A DNA stretch of 64,000 nt, taken from a bacterium. GTDB lineage: Bacteria; Patescibacteriota; Saccharimonadia; Saccharimonadales; OMJO01. Position 1 is the first letter of the stretch. The number at the start of each line of letters is the position of its first letter. The translations under genes were made by a program, and so were the position numbers. The stretch covers positions 623-64,622 of the forward strand of contig OMJO01000012.1 of NCBI GenBank assembly GCA_900299395.1, given 5' to 3'. The notes under the pieces are model-generated. The model made no database searches. It was not told the DNA's origin and was given only the letters and a program-made list of their open reading frames with translations. Positions 17,114-26,095 of this stretch are shown here, piece by piece.

Positions 17114-17374
17114 TTAACGATACCCGTCAACTTCATTCATGGTAGGTAGTGGTAGACCCTCCCAATGTTTTACTAGCACATGGTCGTCTTCTTTGACGGC
17201 AAGAATGGCTGGATACCGCTCTACTCCATACAAAGTGGCCATCGCCGCTCCATCCCGAGTCTCCAAGCTTACCGCTTTAATAGGTGTTCCCTTGATGTGC
17301 TCAAAGTCATGCACGAACTCCTCGACTATTCGGGCATGCTCAGAATTCGGATGATAAACGGCATACAGCTTCAT
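17114..17374 (-). CDS. thioredoxin/glutaredoxin-fold protein lacking the CxxC motif
   Basis: 86 aa with no Cys at all. The layout is NrdH/Grx-like: MKLYAVYHP-NSEH where CxxC would sit, and RYPAILAV where the cis-Pro strand sits. Confidence 0.45.
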   Translation of the reverse strand: MKLYAVYHPNSEHARIVEEFVHDFEHIKGTPIKAVSLETRDGAAMATLYGVERYPAILAVKEDDHVLVKHWEGLPLPTMNEVDGYR

Positions 17375-17409
17375 ATTCGTTAGTGTAGCATAAGGGCTTT
17401 ACTCGCATT

Positions 17410-17438
17410 AAAAAAAGGGGCGTCTCGCCCCTTTTTTA
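17410..17438. terminator. rho-independent terminator (bidirectional), downstream of nrdJ
   Basis: Stem ggggcg / cgcccc (17417-17422 / 17426-17431), loop tct, A7 upstream and T6 downstream. Confidence 0.7.
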
Positions 17439-17455
17439 GCCGTCTTAGCGTGTTC

Positions 17456-20236
17456 CTACGAACAGCCTGTCGTGCTGCCGCAACTGAGACAGACATAACA
17501 GCTTCCTGCTCGTTGGGTCTGGTTCCCACAGTTAAAGCAGAGTGGTGCTGCCGCATCCGCTACCGTTTTACTATCCTTTGAGGCTTTTGCCTGAGTCTCA
17601 ACGCTTGTTGCCACTGAAGGCTGAGCAACCTTAGCTTCCGCTACTACAGGCTTTGACTGCTCTTTTGGAAGCTCTTCTTCAAGCAAGCTCGCTTGCTCAG
17701 ATGGCATGTCGTCTATTGAAGCTAGCCCTAGCTCAAGACGATCATCGAAGCTTAAGTAGTTCAAGGCAAGTCGGCGGAACATGTAGTCAACCAAAGATGA
17801 TGCCGTACGAATGTCTGGATCATCAGTTATACCTGACGGCGCAAACGACATGCTCGTGAATGACTTCACGTAGTCTTTAAGCGGCACACCAAACTGCAAA
17901 CCATGACTCACACTGATAGCAAAGGCATCCATAACCCCTCGGAGCGTGGACCCTTGCTTCGCTATATTCAGGAAGACCTCACCAGGAGTACCATCATCGT
18001 ACTCGCCTACCGTCACATACCCGTGACTATCTGCTACCTTGAAAGAGAATGTCTTTGCGGTACGAACTTTAGGAAGTTCACGACGAACAGCACCCTTGAC
18101 GACAATCTTATCTTCGAGAATGTCGGCTATCTTTGGCTCTTCCTTTTCGGCTCCATCCTTCTTGGCCATTGAAAGGGGTTGCGCAACCTTACAGTTGTCT
18201 CGATAAATCGCTACTGCCTTCAACCCTAGCTTCCATGACTCAATGTGGAGCTGCTCTACATCCTCTACTGTTACATCCTCGGGCATATTCACCGTCTTAC
18301 TGATAGCACCAGAAATGAAAGGTTGTACTGCTGACATCATTTTTACATGTCCCATGTAGTGAATAAAGTTGTCCCCCATGGAGCACGCGAAGACTGCTTC
18401 ATGTTCTTTCTTGAGGTGAGGTGCACCAATTATAGTTTTTTCTACATCAATGTACTTCACGATATCATCGATCTCTGACTTGCTATAGCCGAGTGCTTTA
18501 AGTGCACGTGGTACGGTCTGGTTTACGATACTCATGGTGCCACCACCAACAAGCTTCTTAACTTTTACAAGACCAAGATCTGGCTCAATACCTGTCGTGT
18601 CACAATCCATCATGAGGCCGATTGTTCCAGTAGGTGCCAAAACACTTGCTTGAGAGTTTCGTACTCCGTAAAGTTCACCAAGTTCGACTGCTTCATCCCA
18701 AGCTGTTGCAGCAGCACTTAGTAATTCTTCAGAGACCAGGCTGGCATCAATGTTTGACACCTCTCCACGGTGCATCTTGAGAACGTTGAGCATTCCCTGG
18801 CGATCTTTGTGGAAACCCGCAAAAGGACCAACTCGACGCGCCAAGCGTGCGCTCGTAGCATACGCGTGACCAGTCATAAGGGCCGTAATGGCTGCAGCCT
18901 GCGCGCGACCCTCATCTGAATCATATGGTAAGCCCTGGGCCATCAAGAGGGCTCCCAGATTGGCATATCCTATGCCAAGCTCACGATACGCCTTGGCATT
19001 CTTTGTGATGTTTTCGGTTGGGTATTCACTGTATCCAACGAGGATTTCTTGAGCAGTAAAGATAAGCTCAACGGTGTGCTTGAAGGCTTCGATATCAAAG
19101 GTATTGTCCTCACGAAGGTACTTCAGTAAGTTAATTGATGCGAGGTTACACGCAGAGTTATCGAGGTGCATATACTCACTACACGGATTACTCGCGTTAA
19201 TACGGCCTGCATTAGGCGCCGTGTGCCACTTGTTGATAGTCGTATCGAATTGCATACCCGGATCCGCACATTCCCATGCAGCCTCGGCAACCTGTCGAAA
19301 CAGATCACGAGCCTTAACTGTTTTTACAGGTTTACCGTTCGTAACTGCCTTGAGGTTCCAGTTTTCATCATTTTCGACTGCTTGCATGAATTCATCTGTA
19401 ACACGTACTGAGTTATTGGCATTCTGGTACTGCACCGAGAAGCCATCTTTTCCATCAAGCGTCATGTCAAAACCGGCTTGTTCAAGAACACGTGCCTTGC
19501 GCTCTTCAATAGCCTTTGCCCAGATAAACTCTTCAACATCTGGGTGATCAACATTCAGGATAACCATCTTTGCTGCCCGTCGGGTTTTTCCGCCACTCTT
19601 TATCGCACCAGCTGAAGCATCCGCACCACGCATGAAACTCAGGGGTCCTGAAGCCGTTCCAGCGCTCTTGCCAAGTTTCTCAACTGACGAACGAATGGTA
19701 CTCAGGTTGAGCCCAGCACCAGAACCGCCCTTAAAGATCATTCCTTCTTCTTTGTACCAGTTTAGGATGGACGGCATAGTGTCTTCTACGGCCAAAATAA
19801 AGCAAGCACTCGCTTGTTGAGATCGACTGGGTGCACCGATGTTAAACCATACTGGTGAATTGAAAGCTGCTCGTTGAGTAGCCAAAATATACTTTAGCTC
19901 TTCCTTGAAATCAGTTGCTTCCGCCTCTGATTCAAAGTATCCCTCCTGGAGACCTTGTCGAGTCACCGTATCTACAACCCGGTCAATGAGGTGCTTCAAA
20001 GAACTCTCTCGCTCGGCAGTACCGGGGGTACCGGTGAAGTATTTCTGGGCCACGATATTAATAGCATTTAGTGACCAGCCCTCGGGAAACTCTACTCCGA
20101 GTTGCTCAAACACAGGCTTACCTGTCATTGGATTCATGATAACTGAGTCACGCTTGACCCATTTGAGCTGGTCGTAACCCTTAGATTTTGCGGGCGTTAG
20201 CAGCCGCCTGTGCCCCAGGATTGTTGTTTGTCCCAT
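17456..20236 (-). CDS. nrdJ: adenosylcobalamin-dependent (class II) ribonucleotide reductase
   Basis: 926 aa. The active-site stretch NPCSEYMHLDNSACNLASINL and a C-terminal Cys-rich tail CFNCGNQTQRAGSCYVCLSCGSTTGCS, which is typical of class II RNRs. Confidence 0.9.
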   Translation of the reverse strand: MGQTTILGHRRLLTPAKSKGYDQLKWVKRDSVIMNPMTGKPVFEQLGVEFPEGWSLNAINIVAQKYFTGTPGTAERESSLKHLIDRVVDTVTRQGLQEGYFESEAEATDFKEELKYILATQRAAFNSPVWFNIGAPSRSQQASACFILAVEDTMPSILNWYKEEGMIFKGGSGAGLNLSTIRSSVEKLGKSAGTASGPLSFMRGADASAGAIKSGGKTRRAAKMVILNVDHPDVEEFIWAKAIEERKARVLEQAGFDMTLDGKDGFSVQYQNANNSVRVTDEFMQAVENDENWNLKAVTNGKPVKTVKARDLFRQVAEAAWECADPGMQFDTTINKWHTAPNAGRINASNPCSEYMHLDNSACNLASINLLKYLREDNTFDIEAFKHTVELIFTAQEILVGYSEYPTENITKNAKAYRELGIGYANLGALLMAQGLPYDSDEGRAQAAAITALMTGHAYATSARLARRVGPFAGFHKDRQGMLNVLKMHRGEVSNIDASLVSEELLSAAATAWDEAVELGELYGVRNSQASVLAPTGTIGLMMDCDTTGIEPDLGLVKVKKLVGGGTMSIVNQTVPRALKALGYSKSEIDDIVKYIDVEKTIIGAPHLKKEHEAVFACSMGDNFIHYMGHVKMMSAVQPFISGAISKTVNMPEDVTVEDVEQLHIESWKLGLKAVAIYRDNCKVAQPLSMAKKDGAEKEEPKIADILEDKIVVKGAVRRELPKVRTAKTFSFKVADSHGYVTVGEYDDGTPGEVFLNIAKQGSTLRGVMDAFAISVSHGLQFGVPLKDYVKSFTSMSFAPSGITDDPDIRTASSLVDYMFRRLALNYLSFDDRLELGLASIDDMPSEQASLLEEELPKEQSKPVVAEAKVAQPSVATSVETQAKASKDSKTVADAAAPLCFNCGNQTQRAGSCYVCLSCGSTTGCS

Positions 20237-20396
20237 AATAGTACCCTCACTTGTAGTTATTATATTTATTGTTTTTGTTTAGAGTCGCGCTTCACCTCCC
20301 AGTTCGGCGCTTGGCTCCCCCCGAGCTTCAACACTCTGTGCTTTAGTATCATACCGCACGAGTTGTCTAAACCCCAAGGGCAGCCGTCAAAAGGCT

Positions 20397-20873
20397 CTAT
20401 ATTTTGACGGTGTCTGAGCTTTTACGCTCACGAATCTGTAGGAGCTCGCGCTCGAAGCCTGCAATGTCCTTGAAGCGTCTATAAACACTTGCAAATCTAA
20501 CATATGCAACTTCGTTAAGTGCTGCGAGGCGATCCATCACCATATCACCAATCTTGGCCGAAGCAACTTCATCATCTCCACAAGCCTGAAGCTGTTGCTC
20601 GATATCTGCGACGACTCGTTGCAGCTGCAAATTGGTGACCGGTGTTTTTTCACATGCCCGGTACAAACCTGCCAGTAATTTATCACGCTCAAAGAGCTCA
20701 CGCGTACCATTATTCTTTACTACTACCACTTGGGGTCTTTCCAACCTTTCGTATGTAGTAAAACGATGCTGGCAACTCATGCACTCACGGCGGCGGCGGA
20801 TAGCCTCACCGTCAGTCACGTCACGCGATTCAATCACCTTGGTCTCACCTTTATGGCATTGGCTGCATTTCAT
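20397..20873 (-). CDS. nrdR: transcriptional repressor NrdR
   Basis: Zinc ribbon MKCSQCHKGETKVIESRD...RRRECMSCQHRFTTYE plus an ATP-cone. I chose the start at the internal ATG 20873 because the SD GGAAGGGG lies just upstream. The ORF-track start at 20903 adds 10 aa. Confidence 0.9.
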   Translation of the reverse strand: MKCSQCHKGETKVIESRDVTDGEAIRRRRECMSCQHRFTTYERLERPQVVVVKNNGTRELFERDKLLAGLYRACEKTPVTNLQLQRVVADIEQQLQACGDDEVASAKIGDMVMDRLAALNEVAYVRFASVYRRFKDIAGFERELLQIRERKSSDTVKI

Positions 20874-20975
20874 GTGCACCCCTTCCTTGGTCAACTCCGA
20901 CACACTACATTAGCTACTTAGTTTATGCAGCCCGTTCCGTAGTGTTCCGGAAATTTGTTCAGTTTGAACGTACGG

Positions 20976-21007
20976 ACCCCATATATACTGAATACTACAT
21001 ATAGCGT
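20976..21007 (-). promoter_or_regulatory. two adjacent NrdR-box-like palindromes
   Basis: Minus strand ACGCTATATGTAGTAT (about 13/16 to acaCwAtATaTwGtgt) and TCAGTATATATGGGGT (about 12/16). They lie immediately downstream of the candidate nrdR promoter. Confidence 0.4.
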
Positions 21008-21018
21008 CTATACGGCTT

Positions 21019-21047
21019 ATGATAACTCTACTTATAGCGTTTTGCAA
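21019..21047 (-). promoter_or_regulatory. candidate promoter of nrdR(-nrdJ)
   Basis: Minus strand TTGCAA (21042-21047), 17-nt spacer, TATCAT (21019-21024). Confidence 0.5.
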
Positions 21048-21069
21048 TAAAATAACGCTGTATTATTTA

Positions 21070-22353
21070 CTAGGATTTTTTATGCTTATCGTCGTCTTTT
21101 TGCTTGCGAGATTTGAGTCGACGAAGGAATGACGGTTTTTCAAGCTCATCGTCTTCAGCTGAGGTAACCTTATCGCCAACCTCATCCTTCACTTCAGGGC
21201 CATGGGGTTGATCGTCGTTAGTAGCGTCCTCTGTAGCATCAAGCGTCCAGATATTTGGCATGGGCCTGTCATTATGGAAGTCACTGTGGTCTTGTGTGCT
21301 TTCGGGTAGATCCATGTCCATGTCTTCAATTTTGGAAGGTGTATCATCCACCAATGGGCTCTGCTGATGTGGTTGATTTTTAGGTCGATTTGCATAGTAA
21401 GCGTCGTCAAACCCTGTGGCTACCACCGTTATAATGATCTCACCCTGTAATTCAGGATTAATCGTGGCTCCAAAAATGATGTTTGCCTCTGGATCAGCGG
21501 CTGTCGTGATGGCTTCAGCGGCTGTATTGATCTCATGCATAGACATGTCATGGCCACCAATAACGTTGAAGAGGATACCTCGCGCTCCATCAATAGATAC
21601 TTCTAATAGAGGTGACTCGATCGCCTGCTGAGCTGCCTGTAGTGCCCGGTTATCGCCACTGGCACGGCCGATACCCATTAATGCAGAACCTGCGTCCTTC
21701 ATAACTGTTTTTACGTCAGCGAAGTCCAGGTTAATCAAGCCATGAACAGTGATGAGATCTGAAATCCCCTGAACACCTTGTCGAAGCACATCATCAGCCA
21801 CCTTGAATGCCTCAAGAAGTGGTGTTTGACGGTCTATAGTTTGTAGCAGTCGATCGTTTGGAATGATAATTAGAGTGTCTACACTCTTACGAAGGTTATC
21901 GATTGCGTCCTCGGCATTTCTACGTCGTTTCTCTCCTTCAAATGCAAAGGGTTTTGTTGCAAAACCTACAACCAAAGCGTCCGCTTCCTTCGCTGCTTTG
22001 GCGACAATGTGACCGGCACCACTCCCCGTACCACCACCGGCACCAATAGTGACAAATACCATGTCTGCGCCATCAACGGCTTTTTTGATTTCATCTATGG
22101 AGTCCTCGGCGGCCTTCTGCCCAACAGACGGATTAGCGCCCGCGCCAAGTCCTCGAGTTGTTTCACTACCAATATGAATTTTAGTTTTTGCTTTAGAGTG
22201 GTGAAGTGCTTGGGCGTCAGTATTAACAGCTATAAACTCGACCCCTTCAATGCCAGCCTCTACCATACGATTAACAGCGGCCCCACCGGCACCACCAACA
22301 CCGACAACTTTTATCCGCGCAAACGTTTCTATAGCTGGTGCTACCTGTGGCAT
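21070..22353 (-). CDS. ftsZ: cell division GTPase FtsZ
   Basis: 427 aa. GGGTGSGA tubulin signature, NTDAQAL, and an acidic/basic disordered C-terminal tail. Confidence 0.95.
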   Translation of the reverse strand: MPQVAPAIETFARIKVVGVGGAGGAAVNRMVEAGIEGVEFIAVNTDAQALHHSKAKTKIHIGSETTRGLGAGANPSVGQKAAEDSIDEIKKAVDGADMVFVTIGAGGGTGSGAGHIVAKAAKEADALVVGFATKPFAFEGEKRRRNAEDAIDNLRKSVDTLIIIPNDRLLQTIDRQTPLLEAFKVADDVLRQGVQGISDLITVHGLINLDFADVKTVMKDAGSALMGIGRASGDNRALQAAQQAIESPLLEVSIDGARGILFNVIGGHDMSMHEINTAAEAITTAADPEANIIFGATINPELQGEIIITVVATGFDDAYYANRPKNQPHQQSPLVDDTPSKIEDMDMDLPESTQDHSDFHNDRPMPNIWTLDATEDATNDDQPHGPEVKDEVGDKVTSAEDDELEKPSFLRRLKSRKQKDDDKHKKS

Positions 22354-22432
22354 CTTCTACTCCATCCCTTCCTTACAGATGTTATAGCAGGAGTATACCC
22401 TATCTGTTCGGATGGTTCAAATGGCTGAACAG

Positions 22433-23671
22433 CTATGCCTTCTTGCCACTTATTTTCTTAAGAAGTCCTTCGACCAGACGAAAAGCGCCCTGGTTTGGCT
22501 GACCCATCTGTGGGTGCGAAGAAGGAACGAGCAGCATATCGAGGAGCATAAGCCCTACTGTCGTACTATAACTGGGGTCATTTACCGTATCTATCAGACC
22601 GCCCAATGACTGCAAATTTCCAACGCGCGCTGCTAGCTGGAGTTTCTCTTTCGCGAAATCTGCAATACCTGGCAAATTAGCCGTCCCGCCCACTATGACT
22701 ACGCCCCCTGGCAATTTACGAGACTTTTGAATCTTGCGTAGCTCACGATCAACAAGTTCGAATAGCTCTTCAACGCGCGCCTCAGTGATCATGCGCACTT
22801 CCTCGGCATCAAACTGGTGCATCTTACCTTCATATTGGACTGCGTAGCGGCTTTTGTGAGCCGCGTCCGATAATGTAGCGTGCTGCGTTTTTACTAGCTC
22901 AGCAATATCTAAATCGGTCTTGAGGCCAATAGCTAAATCATTGGTTATATTGATCCCTCCTACCGGCAGAACTGCCACGTGCTGGATCTCTCCATCTTCG
23001 ACCACGACGATGTTAGTTGTTCCTGCACCAATATCCAGCAATAAGGTTCCTGATTCCTTCTGTTGTCTATTCAGAACCGCCTCAGCCGCGGCCAAGCTGG
23101 CAACCGTATGGTTTGTAGCGCGAATACCTGCTTTTTCAAGTACCATGTCTAAACTTTTTAGGTTGGGGGTTGCTGCGGTTACTATATGGGTGTCTACCTC
23201 AAGACGAACCCCATGCATACCAACTGGATCTTTAATATTGTCTTGTCCGTCTAGCCTGTAATTCTTAGCAAAAACTTGAATAATCTCTCTGTTCGCTGGC
23301 AACTGAATAATGGTGGCTGCTTCTTCAACACGCAACCGATCGTCATCTGTTATCTCCCGATTGGCGGCACTTATTGCGATAACACCTCGGGAATTAATAC
23401 CTGTGATATGTGAGCCGTTAATGTTAACGGTAGCCTGGATAATCTGCACACCCGACACGCGCTCTGCCTCAGTTAGTGCTTTAGTAATCGCATCGGCAAC
23501 GTCATCAGCATGTACTACTATCCCTTTTCTCATACCCATGTTAGGTGCCGACCCATGCCCAATTATAGACATCTGCCCCCCTTCGGTTGATTCCATGATG
23601 CCAATAACGCACCGAACGGTGCTGGTCCCTATATCAAGGCCAACGTAGTGTGTTTGCGATTGTTCGCGCAT
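22433..23671 (-). CDS. ftsA: cell division protein FtsA
   Basis: 412 aa. Actin-like ATPase motifs VGLDIGTSTVR and LLDIGAGTTNIVV. Sits immediately upstream of ftsZ. Confidence 0.9.
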   Translation of the reverse strand: MREQSQTHYVGLDIGTSTVRCVIGIMESTEGGQMSIIGHGSAPNMGMRKGIVVHADDVADAITKALTEAERVSGVQIIQATVNINGSHITGINSRGVIAISAANREITDDDRLRVEEAATIIQLPANREIIQVFAKNYRLDGQDNIKDPVGMHGVRLEVDTHIVTAATPNLKSLDMVLEKAGIRATNHTVASLAAAEAVLNRQQKESGTLLLDIGAGTTNIVVVEDGEIQHVAVLPVGGINITNDLAIGLKTDLDIAELVKTQHATLSDAAHKSRYAVQYEGKMHQFDAEEVRMITEARVEELFELVDRELRKIQKSRKLPGGVVIVGGTANLPGIADFAKEKLQLAARVGNLQSLGGLIDTVNDPSYSTTVGLMLLDMLLVPSSHPQMGQPNQGAFRLVEGLLKKISGKKA

Positions 23672-23708
23672 GCAGGAAGTATAGCGCTTATCCTAAGAGG
23701 TTCGCAAG

Positions 23709-24458
23709 TTAGGCCTGTGTCAAGACCTCGCAGCCATTCGCTGTAACTAGTACCGAGTGCTCAAACTGAGCGGAGAGGCTTCCATCGGCCGTCCATAATG
23801 TCCACCCGTCGTGATCCCCCACAATTTCTTCATGGCCCAGATTTGCTATAGGTTCTATGGCTATGGTCATGCCGGCGCGAAGTACAGGGCCAGTACCCTT
23901 AGAACCATAGTTTGGGATCTCGGGATCCTCATGTAGTTCATAACCAACGCCATGGCCAACAAGTTCCCGAACTATTCCCAACTTATGTCTTTTGAGTACA
24001 TCTTCAATGGCTGCAGACACATCTCCAACACGACAACCGTCCTTCACCACATCAAGTGCAGCCTGCAACGCACGCTCGGTGCCTTGCAGTAACCGTTGCT
24101 GGTCAGCCGTCGGCTTTTCACCCACGCAGAAAGTAATACCACCATCCGTAATCATGCCTTTGTGCTTTACGCCAAAGTCAAGATTAACGATATCACCTGG
24201 TTGCAGGGGCTTATCGGTGGGAATACTGTGCTGTACTTGGCTATTAACAGAGATACATATGACGTCTGGGTAGCCCTGATAGCCCAAAAAGGCTGGCTCA
24301 CCGCCCAAAGCGCGCAACTCCTGTCGGGCTCGACGGGCTAAATCTTTAGGTGTTACGCCCGGCAACGTTTCTTTCCGGAGGATAGTTAGTACTGTCGCCA
24401 ACATTGCTCCGCCCTCCCGCATCGCTTGAATTTGCGGATCAGTCTTAACTCGAATCAC
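23709..24458 (-). CDS. map: methionine aminopeptidase type I
   Basis: 249 aa. The metal ligands sit in the typical DIVNLDFG, HGVG and FTIEP-like (TIAIEP) contexts. Confidence 0.93.
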   Translation of the reverse strand: MIRVKTDPQIQAMREGGAMLATVLTILRKETLPGVTPKDLARRARQELRALGGEPAFLGYQGYPDVICISVNSQVQHSIPTDKPLQPGDIVNLDFGVKHKGMITDGGITFCVGEKPTADQQRLLQGTERALQAALDVVKDGCRVGDVSAAIEDVLKRHKLGIVRELVGHGVGYELHEDPEIPNYGSKGTGPVLRAGMTIAIEPIANLGHEEIVGDHDGWTLWTADGSLSAQFEHSVLVTANGCEVLTQA

Positions 24459-24460
24459 GG

Positions 24461-24997
24461 CTATACCGTCCTAATAGCTTCTTTAATTGCAAGATGTACT
24501 GCTTCGGGTTCTTGCTCCCCATCAATATCTATAACCCGCAACCCTGCATCTCTGAAGTGCTTGAGAAGTGGCAGTGTTGTCTCTTGGTATTCTTTGAATC
24601 GCTTTGCAATGGCACCATCATGATCGTCCTGACGACCGCGAGCAAGCAAACGTTCCCTGACAACTTCCTCTGAAGCTTTTACGTTGAGGACTGCCGTCAG
24701 CTTGAGCTGACCATGTTTGACTTGATTAATAAGCCAGTCAGCTTGTGCTTCGGTACGGGGAAACCCGTCCAATACAAATTCGTTATCTGTATCGACAATG
24801 TTGAATATTTTTCGAACGAGCCCAATAATTTGCTGGTCGTCTAGTAATTTGCCATTGCGCATATCTTTACGAACCTGCCCAGACACCAACATTCGCAAGA
24901 ACTCTCCAGTTGAAAGCCACGGAAGGCCCATCTCATCAGCGAGTAGTTTGCCCTGCATACTCTTGCCAGCGCCAGCCACCCCCATAAATATAATCAT
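24461..24997 (-). CDS. adk: adenylate kinase (short-lid form)
   Basis: 178 aa. P-loop GVAGAGKS, LSTGEFLR and DGFPRT motifs. The adk-map adjacency is conserved. Confidence 0.8.
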   Translation of the reverse strand: MIIFMGVAGAGKSMQGKLLADEMGLPWLSTGEFLRMLVSGQVRKDMRNGKLLDDQQIIGLVRKIFNIVDTDNEFVLDGFPRTEAQADWLINQVKHGQLKLTAVLNVKASEEVVRERLLARGRQDDHDGAIAKRFKEYQETTLPLLKHFRDAGLRVIDIDGEQEPEAVHLAIKEAIRTV

Positions 24998-24998
24998 C

Positions 24999-25451
24999 TT
25001 ACGCTATCCTCTCTTTAATCAAGGCCGCGATACGTGAGCCGTCAGCCCGCCCAGCCGTTTGCTGCTTTACTTCACCAATAATTTTACCCATTGTCTGACT
25101 ACTAACCGGGCCGCTTTTGGCAATGACTGTATCAATAAGCGTCGTGAGCTCAGTGTCATCCATTTGTTTAGGAAGATACTGTTCAATAATCTTCTTCTCG
25201 GTCAGTTCTGCCTGCTGCTTTTCTGCATTACCGCCCTGGGCGTACAAATCAGCACTTTCCTGGCGCTTTTTTGCCTCACGGGTGAATACTTCGATCACTT
25301 CCTGGTCTGGCAGTCCAGTTTCTCGCTTATTTTGCGCAACTTCTACATACAGAATGGCGCTCTTAAGACCCCTTAGTGTAGTAACCAGGTCTTTTTTGCC
25401 TGAGAGTAGTGCTTGTTTCAGGTCTTGATCAATTTGCTGCTTGATGGACAT
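24999..25451 (-). CDS. GatB/YqeY domain protein
   Basis: 150 aa. A typical YqeY-like sequence: IKQQIDQDLKQALLSGKKD...LRGLKSAI...YLPKQM... Confidence 0.8.
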   Translation of the reverse strand: MSIKQQIDQDLKQALLSGKKDLVTTLRGLKSAILYVEVAQNKRETGLPDQEVIEVFTREAKKRQESADLYAQGGNAEKQQAELTEKKIIEQYLPKQMDDTELTTLIDTVIAKSGPVSSQTMGKIIGEVKQQTAGRADGSRIAALIKERIA

Positions 25452-25461
25452 CTGAGATGTA

Positions 25462-25674
25462 TTACTGACCGAGCTTGATTTTTTTGAGCTTCACATTCTT
25501 TCGGTCACGTCGAATGATAGCCTTGAGGCGACGCTCACGCTTGCTTGTAGGCTTCTCAAAATACTGATGCTGCTTAGCTGTTGCGATAACGCCAGACTGT
25601 TGAACTTTGCGGCTAAAACGACGCACCAGGCTCTCGAGAGATTCTTTTGAATCTTTACGGGTAACTTGTATCAT
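25462..25674 (-). CDS. rpsU: 30S ribosomal protein S21
   Basis: 70 aa, basic. ESLESLVRRFSRKVQQSGV...YFEKPTSKRERRLKA. Confidence 0.9.
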   Translation of the reverse strand: MIQVTRKDSKESLESLVRRFSRKVQQSGVIATAKQHQYFEKPTSKRERRLKAIIRRDRKNVKLKKIKLGQ

Positions 25675-25713
25675 GGCGTCATTGTACGATAACAGAGGGT
25701 ATTCTGCAATACT

Positions 25714-26004
25714 CTAAGAGGTAATTTGTTTTTTTTGATTAGTGCGCTGTGATTTCAGGACAATGCTCTGCAGCTCTTTGAAGATAGCAAAATGCTTATT
25801 TGTATGATAGATCTTGGTATTCCCCTGTCGCTCTGAGATAAGAAAACCAATTTTTTCAAGACGTTTGAGCTCTCGTTGAATGTTACCGGCGTCCTCCTTA
25901 ATGAGTTTTGCCAGCCCGCGTACGTGCGTTTTGAAGTCAGGGTACTTCGCGTATACAACGATAATCTTTCTACGAACTCGGGATGTAATAAAAACGTCTA
26001 ACAT
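25714..26004 (-). CDS. small winged-helix (ArsR-like) transcription regulator
   Basis: 96 aa. A wHTH-like segment HVRGLAKLIKEDAGNIQRELKRLEKIGFLISERQGN. Divergent from priA. Confidence 0.5.
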   Translation of the reverse strand: MLDVFITSRVRRKIIVVYAKYPDFKTHVRGLAKLIKEDAGNIQRELKRLEKIGFLISERQGNTKIYHTNKHFAIFKELQSIVLKSQRTNQKKQITS

Positions 26005-26095
26005 AAGCCTTTTATTGTTATTCGAACAACGTAAAGTATACGGTAGGTCAATCCTGTTTTCAACATCTTTTTGTGAAGACGCCTATAATAGTGGC

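Noticed and set aside
20237-20396. The GC-rich, foldable 5' UTR of nrdJ considered as a cobalamin riboswitch or NrdR-box site.
   Set aside because: I could not find the B12-box consensus or a good 16-bp NrdR palindrome (best match about 10/16). A B12 riboswitch on a B12-dependent RNR would also be regulatory nonsense.
25880-26095. The long N-terminal extension of priA suggested by the ORF track (start at 25880).
   Set aside because: The extension overlaps the divergent regulator gene, has no PriA similarity and reads as hydrophobic noise. The PriA N-terminus MYYRVLVA... begins at ATG 26096.
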